From Planctomycetota bacterium (GTDB taxonomy: Bacteria; Planctomycetota; Brocadiia; JAADGH01): DNA of 64,000 nt. The stretch lies in assembly GCA_040755855.1 (NCBI GenBank), contig JBFMAD010000001.1, positions 1 through 64,000 on the forward strand, written 5' to 3'. Of this stretch, positions 18,884 through 28,829 are shown in pieces. Made by a program: the position numbers and the translations under genes. The notes under the pieces were generated by a model. The model saw only the letters and a list, made by a program, of their open reading frames with translations. It did no database searches and was not told the origin of the DNA. Position 1 is the stretch's first letter. Every line of letters begins with the position of its first letter.

Positions 18884-20029
18884 CTACCCCTCCCCATCCA
18901 TTTTCCCATACTCCAACGCCGACTCCATATACTGGATCGCGTTATCCCGATACTTGTCCGTCATCGGCATGATCGGCGTGGCGCTTGGGTAGAGGAGCAT
19001 GTGCTTCCTGCCGCCGGGGAGGATGGCGTCGCGGACCTTCCGGTCTATCTGATCGGGCGTATCGAATTCGAGATCGCGGAACTCGATGTTGCCCATGAGG
19101 ACGATCTTGCCGTTCACGCGCCGCTTCGCCTCCTCCATCGTGATGTCGCCCTGCGGCGGCGGCTCGACGGGGTCGAGGAAATCCACCCCCGCCTCCACCA
19201 GCTTGTCCAGCACCCCGCTCACCTTGCCGTGGCAGTGGACGTGGACGATGCCGCCGTACTTGTGGATCAGGTCGAAGAGCTGCCGGTCGTATCCGATGCT
19301 TAACTCGTCATAGAGCGCCGGCGACATCATCGGCGGCGTCGCCTGCTCCGACCCGCCCAGCCAGAACGCCGGCCCGACGCCCTCCTTCAGCACACGCTCT
19401 AGGCGGTCATAGATTCGCTCGAAGACCGTGCTGATCAGGAGCTTGATCGCGCCGCGCTCGGCGGCGCACCAGAGGAGGAACTCGTCGAAGTGAAACATAT
19501 GTGAGATGCTGACGAGCGGCACCGACACCCCGACCTCCATCACGCCCCGGTCACCGAGGCGCTCGCGTTCCTCGAAGAACGTCCCGTAGTCCGGTGCCTC
19601 GAACTCGTAGGGCACGGACAGTATCTTCTCCACGTCGGACTTGTCCTTGATGAGCGGCTCTGTAACCCAGACCGTGTGAATGCCGTCCTCGCGTTCGGCC
19701 ACGCGGCGCAGTTTGCCTTTCGGCGTGTCAATGTAGTTGGTCGTCTTGACGCGCTTGCCCTCTCGCACGCTCTCGCCCTTGATGTATTTGCGGGGGATTT
19801 GCAGATTGCCCCGGTCGAAGCCGATGGCCCCGCTGCGGCCGAAGGCGTCGCAGTGCTCCTCCACGAGGGGGAGTACGGCCTGGTAGTTCGGGTCGTCGGC
19901 CCAGATGTCCCTCGCATTCGGGTTGCGCGGGGGCTGGGGCGACCAGGAGATGGGTGACCCGATGGGGATGCGGTCCACCGGCTCGCCGCGCATGGTCCTC
20001 AGGATGCGTTCTTGATGTGACAGCGACAT
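18884..20029 (-). CDS. Uroporphyrinogen decarboxylase-like (UroD/MtaA-CmuA superfamily) protein
   Basis: MS..ERILRTMRGEPVDRIP, TPKG, PPMMSP, HVHCHG, PVEPPPQGD and LMGNI; GGAGG RBS before ATG 20029. Confidence 0.8.
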   Translation of the reverse strand: MSLSHQERILRTMRGEPVDRIPIGSPISWSPQPPRNPNARDIWADDPNYQAVLPLVEEHCDAFGRSGAIGFDRGNLQIPRKYIKGESVREGKRVKTTNYIDTPKGKLRRVAEREDGIHTVWVTEPLIKDKSDVEKILSVPYEFEAPDYGTFFEERERLGDRGVMEVGVSVPLVSISHMFHFDEFLLWCAAERGAIKLLISTVFERIYDRLERVLKEGVGPAFWLGGSEQATPPMMSPALYDELSIGYDRQLFDLIHKYGGIVHVHCHGKVSGVLDKLVEAGVDFLDPVEPPPQGDITMEEAKRRVNGKIVLMGNIEFRDLEFDTPDQIDRKVRDAILPGGRKHMLLYPSATPIMPMTDKYRDNAIQYMESALEYGKMDGEG

Positions 20030-20175
20030 GGCATGATCCTCCAAAAAAAGAGGGACACGAGCGGGATGCGGCGATCGCCGCTTCGGATCTTCCACGCGTC
20101 GTGTCCCTGGTAGAGCGAAAGGAGCGAATGGGCGCCGGGGACCTATGCGTCAGCAGGCAGGCCCCGCGGGGCGGG

Positions 20176-20529
20176 CTATTCCTGCCCTTCCCCTTTCGGC
20201 TTCTTGGCCTTTTCGTGCTGCGCCTTCATCTCCTCGCGGTACTTGGTCATCTGCTCGGGCGTCAGGACCTTTTCCAGCTCGGCCTCAAATTCCTGCCGGG
20301 CCTGTTTCTTTTCCTCCTTCGAGGCGGCGGCCTTCGACTTTTCCTGGTAGGTGGCCATCGCCGCGTCCACCTTCGGCTTCTGCTCCTCGGCCAGATTAAG
20401 CCCCGCGAGGACAGCCCCGATCCCGCCCTTGGCCTCGCCGCCCTTCTCCTTCTTCCCTTTGCCTGCGGCCTGGGCCGACGCGCATAGGAGCCCTAACACG
20501 CACGCTAAAACGAGCACACGCTTCACCAT
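20176..20529 (-). CDS. Secreted Spy/CpxP-like helical protein (LTxxQ motif)
   Basis: Signal peptide; LNLAEEQK and VLTPEQ motifs; Lys/Glu-rich. Confidence 0.65.
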   Translation of the reverse strand: MVKRVLVLACVLGLLCASAQAAGKGKKEKGGEAKGGIGAVLAGLNLAEEQKPKVDAAMATYQEKSKAAASKEEKKQARQEFEAELEKVLTPEQMTKYREEMKAQHEKAKKPKGEGQE

Positions 20530-20712
20530 CTTCGATCTCCTTTCCGAGATGCGACGACCTCCGGTTGTATATCCACAGGTGGCGCGGCCCAGAGGTCAAC
20601 TTACTGGACTGTGCCGCCGCACTCCTTGTCTCAAATTCCATCTCATCTACCGGTCTCCACCTATGAGTACTACATCATTTTCCCGCCAGATTGTCAATAG
20701 AGATTCCGCCCC

Positions 20713-22395
20713 TCACAGATACCCCCACGCCTTCGCCTTTGCCGCCCGGTCAATGGCCTGCCAGGGCACGCGCTGGTCCTCGCCCAGGCCCTCCGTCTGC
20801 GAGGGGAAACGCGGGCGCGTCTTCTTCCCTTTCCACTTGGCGATCCATTCGGGATCGAACTGCGCAGCGGACTGACTGACGGTGATGGGATGATCGGTCG
20901 TGATGAGCCAGTCGAGGAGCGTCTGCCTCAGCTCGGCAATGCGCTCCTTCTGCGCCGGGTCCTTGAACAGGTTCTTCATCTCCCACGGATCGTTCGCCAT
21001 GTCATACAGCTCGCCCACCTCGCCGATGTCGTCGGGATACATCCGGCGCGGGTAGTGCGCCAGCTTCCAGTCCTTCGTCCGAACGCACTTTCCCCACGGG
21101 CACTCGGTGAAGGCCGCCTCGCGCACGGGCTTCGCCTCACCTTTGAGCATGGGCGCGAGGTCGTAGCCGTCGCACTGCTTCGGGACCGGCAGGCCGGCCA
21201 GGGCGCAGACCGTCGGCAGGAAGTCCACGCTCTCGACCAACTCCTCGCACACCTTGCCCTCGCCGATCCTGTCCGGCCAGCGCCAGATCATGGGGATGCG
21301 AGTAATGGCGTCGTAGGCTAGGCCGGGGGCCTTCTCGATGATCCCGTGCTCGCCGGCGAAGTCGCCGTGGTCGGCGGAATAGATGACGATCGTGTTCTCG
21401 TCCATCCCCAGCGCCTTCAGCTCCTTCATCACCAGGCCGAGGCAGGCATCCATCATGGACACGGAGCCGAGGTAGCCGCGCAGGACGCGCTTGCGTCCCT
21501 CCTCCCAATTCCTCGGCTCGAAGATCCACATCGGGATGTCCGCCTTGCGCTGGCCCAGCTTGTTCTGCGTCTGGGGCGACTTGTCGGTCAAAGGATCGTC
21601 GGCGTTCGGCGGGAGGGTGATCGTCTTCTCATCGTAGAGGTCCCAGAACTCCTTCGTCGGGATGTAGGCCTCGTGCGGTCGCATGAGCGTGAGCCACGCG
21701 CAGAAGGGCTGGCCATCGGGCTGGCTGCGCATGAACTCGATGAGCCGGTCGGTGTAGTAGCGTTCGGCAACCTCCTCGAAGGGTAGCCGCGCCGCCCGCG
21801 CGTCCAACGGCTGGCCGCCGCGCTTCAGCTTGCTCCACTCGGGGATGGTCCCGTCGTCGCGAAGGTCGGCCTTGCCCCGGGCCGTGATCCAGTCGGTATA
21901 GCCGCCGTTGCCCTTCTTCATGTAGTCGCAGTCCACGTCGAGGTGCGGCTCGATCCAGTTCTCCGGCGTGTGGAGTTTTCCGAAGGCCCCCGTGCGGTAG
22001 CCGTGGGCCTTGGCGTGGGCAAAGAGCGACAGCATGGGGAAGGGCTGCGGGCCGCCGTTTCCGTAGTGGCCGTGGTTGTGGCAGTAGAGGCCGCTCAGGA
22101 AAGAGGTCCGGCTCGGCGTGCAGATGGGGTTCTGGCAGAAGGCGCGGCTGAACATGACCCCTTCCTTTGCCAGTTGATCGAGCGCGGGCGTTTTCGCGTC
22201 CGGGTGGCCCGCGACGCCCATGCACTTGGCGTTGTGCTGGTCGCTGAATAGGAACAGGATGTTCGGCCGCTTGGGGTCGCCCTGTTTCGGCTTGGCGTCC
22301 TGGGCCTGGATCTGCCTTGCCAGGGCCGCTGCGCCGGCGGCGAGAGTGGTCGTCGTCTTCACAAAATCGCGGCGGGTGATTTCATCCTTGGCCAT
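20713..22395 (-). CDS. Tat-exported formylglycine-dependent sulfatase (family S1)
   Basis: ITRRDFVK; PNILFLFSDQH; CTPSRTSFLSG (CxPxR); GKLH; SADHG; ELYD..NDPWE. Confidence 0.93.
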   Translation of the reverse strand: MAKDEITRRDFVKTTTTLAAGAAALARQIQAQDAKPKQGDPKRPNILFLFSDQHNAKCMGVAGHPDAKTPALDQLAKEGVMFSRAFCQNPICTPSRTSFLSGLYCHNHGHYGNGGPQPFPMLSLFAHAKAHGYRTGAFGKLHTPENWIEPHLDVDCDYMKKGNGGYTDWITARGKADLRDDGTIPEWSKLKRGGQPLDARAARLPFEEVAERYYTDRLIEFMRSQPDGQPFCAWLTLMRPHEAYIPTKEFWDLYDEKTITLPPNADDPLTDKSPQTQNKLGQRKADIPMWIFEPRNWEEGRKRVLRGYLGSVSMMDACLGLVMKELKALGMDENTIVIYSADHGDFAGEHGIIEKAPGLAYDAITRIPMIWRWPDRIGEGKVCEELVESVDFLPTVCALAGLPVPKQCDGYDLAPMLKGEAKPVREAAFTECPWGKCVRTKDWKLAHYPRRMYPDDIGEVGELYDMANDPWEMKNLFKDPAQKERIAELRQTLLDWLITTDHPITVSQSAAQFDPEWIAKWKGKKTRPRFPSQTEGLGEDQRVPWQAIDRAAKAKAWGYL

Positions 22396-22436
22396 GCATA
22401 CCTCCTGTCGGATGATTGGCGGTTGCGTTTGGGGAC

Positions 22437-22465
22437 AGTATACGGTTCACGGTGCGGGGTGTCAA
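22437..22465 (-). promoter_or_regulatory. Sigma70 promoter for the sulfatase
   Basis: TTGACA-17 bp-TATACT. Confidence 0.75.
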
Positions 22466-22569
22466 GCGAGGCGGGATGTGAACAGGAGTTAGGTGATAGG
22501 TGACAGGTGCAGCGCCTTTGCAAGAGGTATTGCCGTTCAATCGAAAATCGGCAATCGCCAGTCGAAAAT

Positions 22570-23463
22570 CTACTCGGCTTCTTTGCCCGTCTTCCCCCCA
22601 TGCTCACGGAGCAGGCGCTGAATCTCAAGGTCCTTGGCAAGATCGAGCGGCGTGCGGCCGGAATGGTCCTTTGCGTTGACCTCCGCGCCGTGTTTCAGTA
22701 GAAGTTCAACCATGTCCTTCCTCTGTGCCTCTACAGCGACATGCAGCGCCGTGCCGCCGGTGTGATTGGTGATATGCAGCTCTGCGCCCTTGGCCAGCAA
22801 CAGTTCCGCGGTCTTCTGTTGGCCCTGGAGGACGGCGAGCATGAGGGGTGTATATTTCGAGGCGTTCTGCGCGTTCGGGTCCGCCCCGTTCTTCAGAAGC
22901 AGGTCAACCATCAGATTTTGCCCGTTGATGACCGCAAGGAGAAGAGGCGTCCGGCCCATCCCGTCCCTTGCCTCGATGTTTGCCCCTCGTTCGATCAGGA
23001 GTTTGGCGACCTCAACATTCCCAAAGATCGCCGCCCAGTGCAAGGGGGTCATTCCGCCTATTGGCTTCTTTATGATAACGGGAATAGTGTCCCATACCGG
23101 CGGATTCGGGTTTCTGTATCGCTTTTTCTGTGCCCAGTTCGAAAGGTCGTAGTCGTGTTCGCTCTGCGCGTTCACATCCACGCGAGCGTCGAGGAACACC
23201 CGCGCCGCCTCTGCGCAGCCCCGGTAGGCCGCGACGGAGAGCAGCGTCACCGCGTAGTCATCGGTGGGGTCTATGCCGCCGTGCCTCCGCAGCCAGAAGG
23301 CCGCCTCGTCCGCCTTGCCGTCGTATACGGCGTCGAAGAGCCGCAGCCGGACCTCCTCCCGCGTATAGCGGTCGCGGAAGACGCTCATCCGCCCTGTCGC
23401 CGCGTCATGCACGAGGATCGCAAGGGGAACGAGGATGAGGAGGACCTTGACGATTCGCCGCAT
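22570..23463 (-). CDS. Membrane-anchored/secreted ankyrin repeat protein
   Basis: MRRIVKVLLILVPLAILV leader and about 6 ankyrin repeats. The promoter at 23498-23526 supports start 23463 over 23646. Confidence 0.85.
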   Translation of the reverse strand: MRRIVKVLLILVPLAILVHDAATGRMSVFRDRYTREEVRLRLFDAVYDGKADEAAFWLRRHGGIDPTDDYAVTLLSVAAYRGCAEAARVFLDARVDVNAQSEHDYDLSNWAQKKRYRNPNPPVWDTIPVIIKKPIGGMTPLHWAAIFGNVEVAKLLIERGANIEARDGMGRTPLLLAVINGQNLMVDLLLKNGADPNAQNASKYTPLMLAVLQGQQKTAELLLAKGAELHITNHTGGTALHVAVEAQRKDMVELLLKHGAEVNAKDHSGRTPLDLAKDLEIQRLLREHGGKTGKEAE

Positions 23464-23497
23464 CTCTGCCTTTCGGTGTAGTCTGCTTTCTGAGTGG

Positions 23498-23526
23498 AGT
23501 ATACAACGCAATCGCCCAAAGGTCAA
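23498..23526 (-). promoter_or_regulatory. Sigma70 promoter for the ankyrin gene
   Basis: TTGACC-17 bp-TATACT. Confidence 0.7.
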
Positions 23527-23570
23527 AGGGTCTAACGCGGGCTTTGCCCGCAATCCCGCCAAGGGCGGGA

Positions 23571-23717
23571 CAAAATTCACATTGGACACATTTTTTTCCG
23601 CGAAAAGCAACGCCATCTTGCTAATAAACGGCATATCGTCATGCAAAATCTCTTTCTACGTATACCACACTTCCTGAAGACAGGAAGTGTGGTATTATGT
23701 GTCCAATGTGAATTTTG
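23571..23717. mobile_element. MITE-like element with 21-bp perfect terminal inverted repeats
   Basis: CAAAATTCACATTGGACACAT (23571-23591) and ATGTGTCCAATGTGAATTTTG (23697-23717); internal 15-bp perfect hairpin at 23662-23695; AT-rich. Confidence 0.6.
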
Positions 23718-23831
23718 CCCTGGAAACATGCGCGCAAATTGGCATCATGTTACGGAATAAGGTTCTAATGCCGGGACGGTCGGCGGCGAGGGGACCGACT
23801 TCCCCCCGGCGCTCAACAGCAAAGGAGTTCC

Positions 23832-24797
23832 ATGTTCCAGATCGGTCCGGTGACGGTGAAGGGGCGGCTTGTGCTTGCCTCGATGGAAGAGCACACGGAT
23901 TTGCCGTTCCGGCGCCTTGCGAAGGAGTTCGGCGCGAACCTGGTGGCCACCGAGATGGTCCAGTCCGACCGTCTTGTCAAGGGGGACAAGATGGCCCTTC
24001 GGATGCTGGCGACCGAGCCCTCGGAGAGGCCGGTGCTCGGCCAGGTGCTCGCGGGGGAGGTAGCGGACACGGTCGCGGCGGCGCGCATCGTCGAGGAGAA
24101 GGGCTTCGACGCCGTGGATGTGAACCTGAGCTGCCCCATCCGCCGCGTGATCGAGCGGGGATGGGGCGCCTCGTACCTCAAGAGCCCGGAACGAATCCAT
24201 GATCTCCTGTCACGGATCGTGGCGGGGGTTGGGATTCCCGTGACCGTGAAGATCCGAAGCGGTTGGGATGATACAACCATCCATGCGCCGGAGGTGGCCC
24301 AGCTTGCAGAACAGGTCGGCATCAAGGCCGTTACCCTTCACGCCCGCACCGCGGTCCAGGCGTATCGCGGCCCGGCGGACTGGTCGCTCATCCGACGCAC
24401 AAGAGAGGCCGTGGGAATCCCCATCATGGGGTCCGGAAGCGTGCGCACGCCGGAGGATGTGGCTCGCATGTTGGATGAAACCGGCTGCGCCGGCGTCTCG
24501 ATCGCGCGAGGGGCGCTGGGCAATCCCTGGATCTTCTCCAGGGCGAGAGCACTCCTGGCGGGGCGGCCTCTCCCCCCGCCGCCCGGCCGTGAGGAGCGCC
24601 TGCGCGTCCTGCTGCGCCATCTCGAAGCGGAGGCGCGTTTCCTCGGCAAGCGGCAGATCACGCCGAGGCTCCTGCGCCTGGCATTTTACTACGCGAAGGA
24701 CCTGCCCGATTTTGAGGGCATCCAGTCGTCCGCTCGTGAGGCGCGGAATCTGGGCGAACTTTTTCGGATTCTCAAGAAGACGTTTCGTGGGGCGTGA
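23832..24797 (+). CDS. dusB: tRNA-dihydrouridine synthase (DusB-like)
   Basis: LASME..TDLPFR, TEMV, DVNLSCP, TVKIRSGW, TLHART, ADW and IARGALGNPWIF. Confidence 0.85.
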   Translation: MFQIGPVTVKGRLVLASMEEHTDLPFRRLAKEFGANLVATEMVQSDRLVKGDKMALRMLATEPSERPVLGQVLAGEVADTVAAARIVEEKGFDAVDVNLSCPIRRVIERGWGASYLKSPERIHDLLSRIVAGVGIPVTVKIRSGWDDTTIHAPEVAQLAEQVGIKAVTLHARTAVQAYRGPADWSLIRRTREAVGIPIMGSGSVRTPEDVARMLDETGCAGVSIARGALGNPWIFSRARALLAGRPLPPPPGREERLRVLLRHLEAEARFLGKRQITPRLLRLAFYYAKDLPDFEGIQSSAREARNLGELFRILKKTFRGA

Positions 24798-24925
24798 GAA
24801 GGTGTGAAAAATCGCGCGTGCAACCTTTGCTGGTGTGCCACGGCTTGCTTGCAAGCCGTGTTCGGCCTCGCACGGGTTGCAAGCAACCCGTGGCACCCGT
24901 TGTTGCCGCTTTTTTCACACCTTCT
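24797..24925. repeat. REP doublet nested in 15-bp terminal inverted repeats (REPIN/MITE-like)
   Basis: Outer AGAAGGTGTGAAAAA / TTTTTCACACCTTCT; inner GTGCCACGGCTTGCTTGCAAGCCGTG and CACGGGTTGCAAGCAACCCGTGGCAC. Confidence 0.75.
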
Positions 24926-24944
24926 GAGGTCGGCATCCGCGCAT

Positions 24945-24973
24945 TTGACAATCGCCCGCCGGCAATATACCAT
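24945..24973 (+). promoter_or_regulatory. Sigma70 promoter for the large glycoside hydrolase
   Basis: TTGACA-17 bp-TACCAT; AAGGAGGT RBS before GTG 25022. Confidence 0.65.
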
Positions 24974-25021
24974 ATCCCGACATGCCGTGGGACAGACACA
25001 TGCCACAAAGGAGGTGCTTTT

Positions 25022-28000
25022 GTGAGAACGACAACGAGTCCGTCAGGAGAAATGCTGCGCCTGCTCGCCATTGTCCATCTGCTGCTCATCCCGATCGCCG
25101 GTCTGGCCGACATGAAGGAACTCGTCATTGACCCGCTCGCCACGACCGAACACTGGCAGGTCGGCGGCAACCGCGTCTTCTACCACCTGGGCAAGAGTTC
25201 TCTTTTCCCATCCACGGAGCAGGCGCGCGAGGGCGCGGAGGCGTCGCTCAAGCTGACCTACGACTTCGAGGAGCCGCACCGATGGTTCGTCTCGGCCTAC
25301 CACATCGGCCCGGCCATCCCCGGACGGTGCGCGGAGGTCTCGTTCTGGCTCTATGGCAACGGGAGCAAGCGACCGATCCGCCTGTCCATCGAGGACGCGC
25401 GCGAGCGGTGGTTCGAGCGGACCGTCGGCAACATTGACTGGGAGGGCTGGAAGCGGGTGACTGTCCCCGTCGGCGACGGGAAGGACTGGCGCGCCCTGCT
25501 CCGGCGCGGGGAGGAAGACCTCCCTATGCTCCATCCCGTCAATCTCCGGCAAATCGCCGTCTATCGCCAGAAAGACGCCAAGCCCCTGGACGCAATCTAC
25601 CTGAGCGACCTGCGGGCGAAGACGGATGTCGTCCCGGCCGATTTCGCGGATGCAAGACTCGACACCGGCCGCGAGGCGAACCTGTTCTACCTCGGCGAGA
25701 CCTTCAAGGTGGCCATCGCCTTCACCAGCCGCGCCGAGCAGCCGGTGATCGGCAGCCTGTCGGCGGTGCTTACCGATTTCTTCGGCAAGGGGACAGAGGT
25801 TCATCTGGGCGGGGTGGAGATTCCTCCGGCCGGCTCAGCGAAGTCCGAGCTGAAGCTCTTCGGTGAAGCGCTTGGGACGTTCACCGTCGCCGTCCGCCTG
25901 ACCGCCGACGGCCGCGAGCGCGTCTGGTTCCAGCCGGTGGTCGTGAGCAAGCCCCTGCCCGACCGACCCGCCGACGCGAACGCGACGTTCGGGACCATGT
26001 TCAACCTGCACACCTTTCCGAAGGAGCAACTGCCCCTCGCCCTCCGCCTGAACCGCGACGCGGGCCTGCGGTGGACGCGGCTCAGCTTCCACTGGCAGGA
26101 GATCAATCCCGCCCCCGGCGCATGGATTTGGTCGGCCCAGGAGCGAGTGCAAGGCCCCGTCGGCAAGGCCATCGAACTTCGAGGCCAGGTCTTCTCCCTC
26201 CCCCACAAGGACGTCCTGAACTGCACGGACGCCGTGACCATCGCCTTCTGGGCGCGATGCAAGGGCAAGAACGACAACTGGCAGTGCCCCATCCAGAAGT
26301 GGGGGGCGGACAACCGCCGCAACTACGGGGTTTATTTCGGCAAGGACAACGGGCAGTTTTGCTTCTCGGCCTGCTACGAGAAACTCCCGAACGCGAAACA
26401 CGTGGACAAAAACTCCGGCTTCTCCGCCTGGGACGGCCAGTGGCATCACTACGCCGCGACCTACTCCGCCGCCGACAAAAAACTCATCCTCTACGTGGAT
26501 GGCGAGGAAAAGCTCTCCGAGGAACTTGACGGCGGCGCGCTCCGCACCAACCAGGACGACCTACGCATCGGTCCCGGCTTCGAGGGCGGGTTGGACGAGA
26601 TGGTCCTCTACCGCCGCGCCCTCTCCCCCGACGAGGTGGCATCCCTCGCGCAGAAGAAGTCGCCGCCGCAGGACGGCCTCGCGGCGTGGTGGGACTTTGA
26701 GGAGGAGGGCGCGCTCATCAAGGACCGGTCGCCCAACCGGCTCGATGTTCCCGTGGGCGAGCCGCAGGCGATCTCCCTCGCCCGCATCGGTCTGGAGCAC
26801 GGCATCAAGACGCTCGGCCTCCTCGGCTTCCCGCCGCAGTGGGCCTCCACCGCCCCGGCGGGCACGGAGCGCTACCGTCAATACAAACCCAAGCTCGACG
26901 CCTGGGCCGAATACGTCGAGAACGTGACGCGCCGATACAAGGACCTCGTCCAGCACTGGGAGATCTGGAACGAGCCGAACATCCTCGTCTTCTGGGAACC
27001 GGAGCCGAACGCAAAGGATTATTTTGACGTCCTGAAGGTCGCCTACGCGGCAGCCAAGCGCGGCAACCCCGACTGCACCGTCATCATGCCCGGCCTCGCC
27101 GGCCCGGGGCAGAACAAACATGGCATGGACTTCATGGACGAGATTCTCGGACTCGGCGCGGCGAAGCACTGCGACGCCATCGCCATCCACCCCTACCGCC
27201 AGTCCACGCCCGAGGAGAGCGACCTCGTCGGCGACCTGCGCCACATCGCCGAGATGGCCGAGAGGCACGGGGCGCGCCGGAAGCTTTGGTTCACCGAGGA
27301 CTGCTGGACGACCCAGTTCAACGGGGGATCGTCGGAGCAACGGTCTGCCATGATGCTCCCCCGCTGCTACGTCCTCTCCCTCGGCACGGGGCTGGTGGAG
27401 CGCCTGCTCTGGTTCCGGTTCCACGACCCGGGCATAGATCGCTTCTACCTCGAACACAACTGCGGCCTCTGCCGCAACGACCTGACCCCGCAGCCGTCCT
27501 ATCTCGCCCACCGGACGGTGGCCGTGCTCCTGGACGGCGCGCAGGCGGACGGGGAATGGGACGTCGGCCCGAACGCGCTGGCCCGATGCTTCCGCACGCC
27601 CACGGAGCGCATCGCCGCGGTCTGGTGTCCCGACGGGACGGCCCCGGCGTCAATCTATGTCGGCGCGCCGGAAGTGCGGGTGGTGGACATCATGGGCAAC
27701 GAGCGCACCGAGAAGACGACCGACGGCGTCCTGATCCTGACAGCGCGGGAGGACATGCAGTACCTCCGCGGCCTGCCCGACCAGGCCGAGGCGCGGGGCA
27801 CGCCCCTGAGCGCATCCGCCCCGCCGCTTGTGCGCGGGGAGAAGGGGACGCTCACGGTGCGCGTGCGGAACCCGTTCGCAAACGCGAAGCATGCCAAGGT
27901 GACGCTGGCGATGAAGGGAGACGCCCCCATCGCCCTGACCGCCGCTGCCGCCGAGCTGGATGCGCCGGCTAATGGGGAGAAGGAAGTCCCGTTCGAGGTC

Positions 28001-28726
28001 CAGGCCGCACCCGATGCGAAGCCGGGTACGTACGCCATCGCCGCAACGCTCGACCTCGACGGTCATACATTCGCGCTGAATGTGCCTGTGGCGGTCCGCA
28101 CCGCCGCGCCCACGGCGGGACCGGTGGGGCGATGGACGTTCGACGAGGGCCAGGGGGCGACCGTCAACGACAGTTCGGGCAGCGGAAACAACGGGACCGT
28201 CGAGAATGCGAAGTGGGTCGAGGGCAAACGCGGCAAGGCGCTGGAGTTCAGCGCGGCGGAGACGGTCGTCATCCCCGACTCGCCGTCGCTGAACCTGCGC
28301 GACGAGGTAACTCTGGCCTTCTGGATCAAGGTGTTGGATAAGACCGGCACGTGGCAGTTCCCCGTCGGCAAGTATGAGGGCAATATCTGCCGGAACTACG
28401 GCATCTACCTGACGCCCGACGACCTGACGCCGCGGTTCTCCGCGTCCTTCGAGGGGGCGGGCGCCCCTCACACCGACCGCGGGCCGAACGTGTCGCTGCC
28501 GGTGGGGGAGTGGCGTCATCTGGCCGTCACGGTGTCCATGTTCGAGAAACGGATGCGGTTCTATGTGGACGGCAAGGAGGAACTGGACGTTCCTTCGACC
28601 GAGGGGGCGATGCGCCTGACGGCGGAGCCGCTCCGGATCGGCCAGGGGACGAAGGGCGTGATCGACGAGGTGGATCTCTACCCCCGCGTCCTGTCGGCTG
28701 AGGAGGTGGCGGGGCTGGCGAAGTGA
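25022..28726 (+). CDS. Secreted multi-modular clan GH-A glycoside hydrolase (GH39-like) with CBM-like, two LamG and NEW3-like domains
   Basis: Signal peptide; SFWLYGNG...IDWEGWK CBM-like module; acid/base WEIWNEPN, AIHPY and nucleophile WFTE; two LamG modules (WHHYAATY..LYVDG and WRHLAVT..FYVDG). Confidence 0.8.
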   Translation: MRTTTSPSGEMLRLLAIVHLLLIPIAGLADMKELVIDPLATTEHWQVGGNRVFYHLGKSSLFPSTEQAREGAEASLKLTYDFEEPHRWFVSAYHIGPAIPGRCAEVSFWLYGNGSKRPIRLSIEDARERWFERTVGNIDWEGWKRVTVPVGDGKDWRALLRRGEEDLPMLHPVNLRQIAVYRQKDAKPLDAIYLSDLRAKTDVVPADFADARLDTGREANLFYLGETFKVAIAFTSRAEQPVIGSLSAVLTDFFGKGTEVHLGGVEIPPAGSAKSELKLFGEALGTFTVAVRLTADGRERVWFQPVVVSKPLPDRPADANATFGTMFNLHTFPKEQLPLALRLNRDAGLRWTRLSFHWQEINPAPGAWIWSAQERVQGPVGKAIELRGQVFSLPHKDVLNCTDAVTIAFWARCKGKNDNWQCPIQKWGADNRRNYGVYFGKDNGQFCFSACYEKLPNAKHVDKNSGFSAWDGQWHHYAATYSAADKKLILYVDGEEKLSEELDGGALRTNQDDLRIGPGFEGGLDEMVLYRRALSPDEVASLAQKKSPPQDGLAAWWDFEEEGALIKDRSPNRLDVPVGEPQAISLARIGLEHGIKTLGLLGFPPQWASTAPAGTERYRQYKPKLDAWAEYVENVTRRYKDLVQHWEIWNEPNILVFWEPEPNAKDYFDVLKVAYAAAKRGNPDCTVIMPGLAGPGQNKHGMDFMDEILGLGAAKHCDAIAIHPYRQSTPEESDLVGDLRHIAEMAERHGARRKLWFTEDCWTTQFNGGSSEQRSAMMLPRCYVLSLGTGLVERLLWFRFHDPGIDRFYLEHNCGLCRNDLTPQPSYLAHRTVAVLLDGAQADGEWDVGPNALARCFRTPTERIAAVWCPDGTAPASIYVGAPEVRVVDIMGNERTEKTTDGVLILTAREDMQYLRGLPDQAEARGTPLSASAPPLVRGEKGTLTVRVRNPFANAKHAKVTLAMKGDAPIALTAAAAELDAPANGEKEVPFEVQAAPDAKPGTYAIAATLDLDGHTFALNVPVAVRTAAPTAGPVGRWTFDEGQGATVNDSSGSGNNGTVENAKWVEGKRGKALEFSAAETVVIPDSPSLNLRDEVTLAFWIKVLDKTGTWQFPVGKYEGNICRNYGIYLTPDDLTPRFSASFEGAGAPHTDRGPNVSLPVGEWRHLAVTVSMFEKRMRFYVDGKEELDVPSTEGAMRLTAEPLRIGQGTKGVIDEVDLYPRVLSAEEVAGLAK

Positions 28727-28829
28727 TTCCACAGCAATGGGCTTGACGAACGCGAGAGAGCGATTACAATGGAGGGTACGGAGGGAACGCCGCCTTCCGC
28801 TCCGGTGCAATGCAGGAGTCTGGTTGAGC

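Noticed and set aside
10060..23463. Diversity-generating retroelement acting on ankyrin or PAS repeats
   Set aside because: No reverse transcriptase is present, and I saw no repeat pair differing mainly at adenines.
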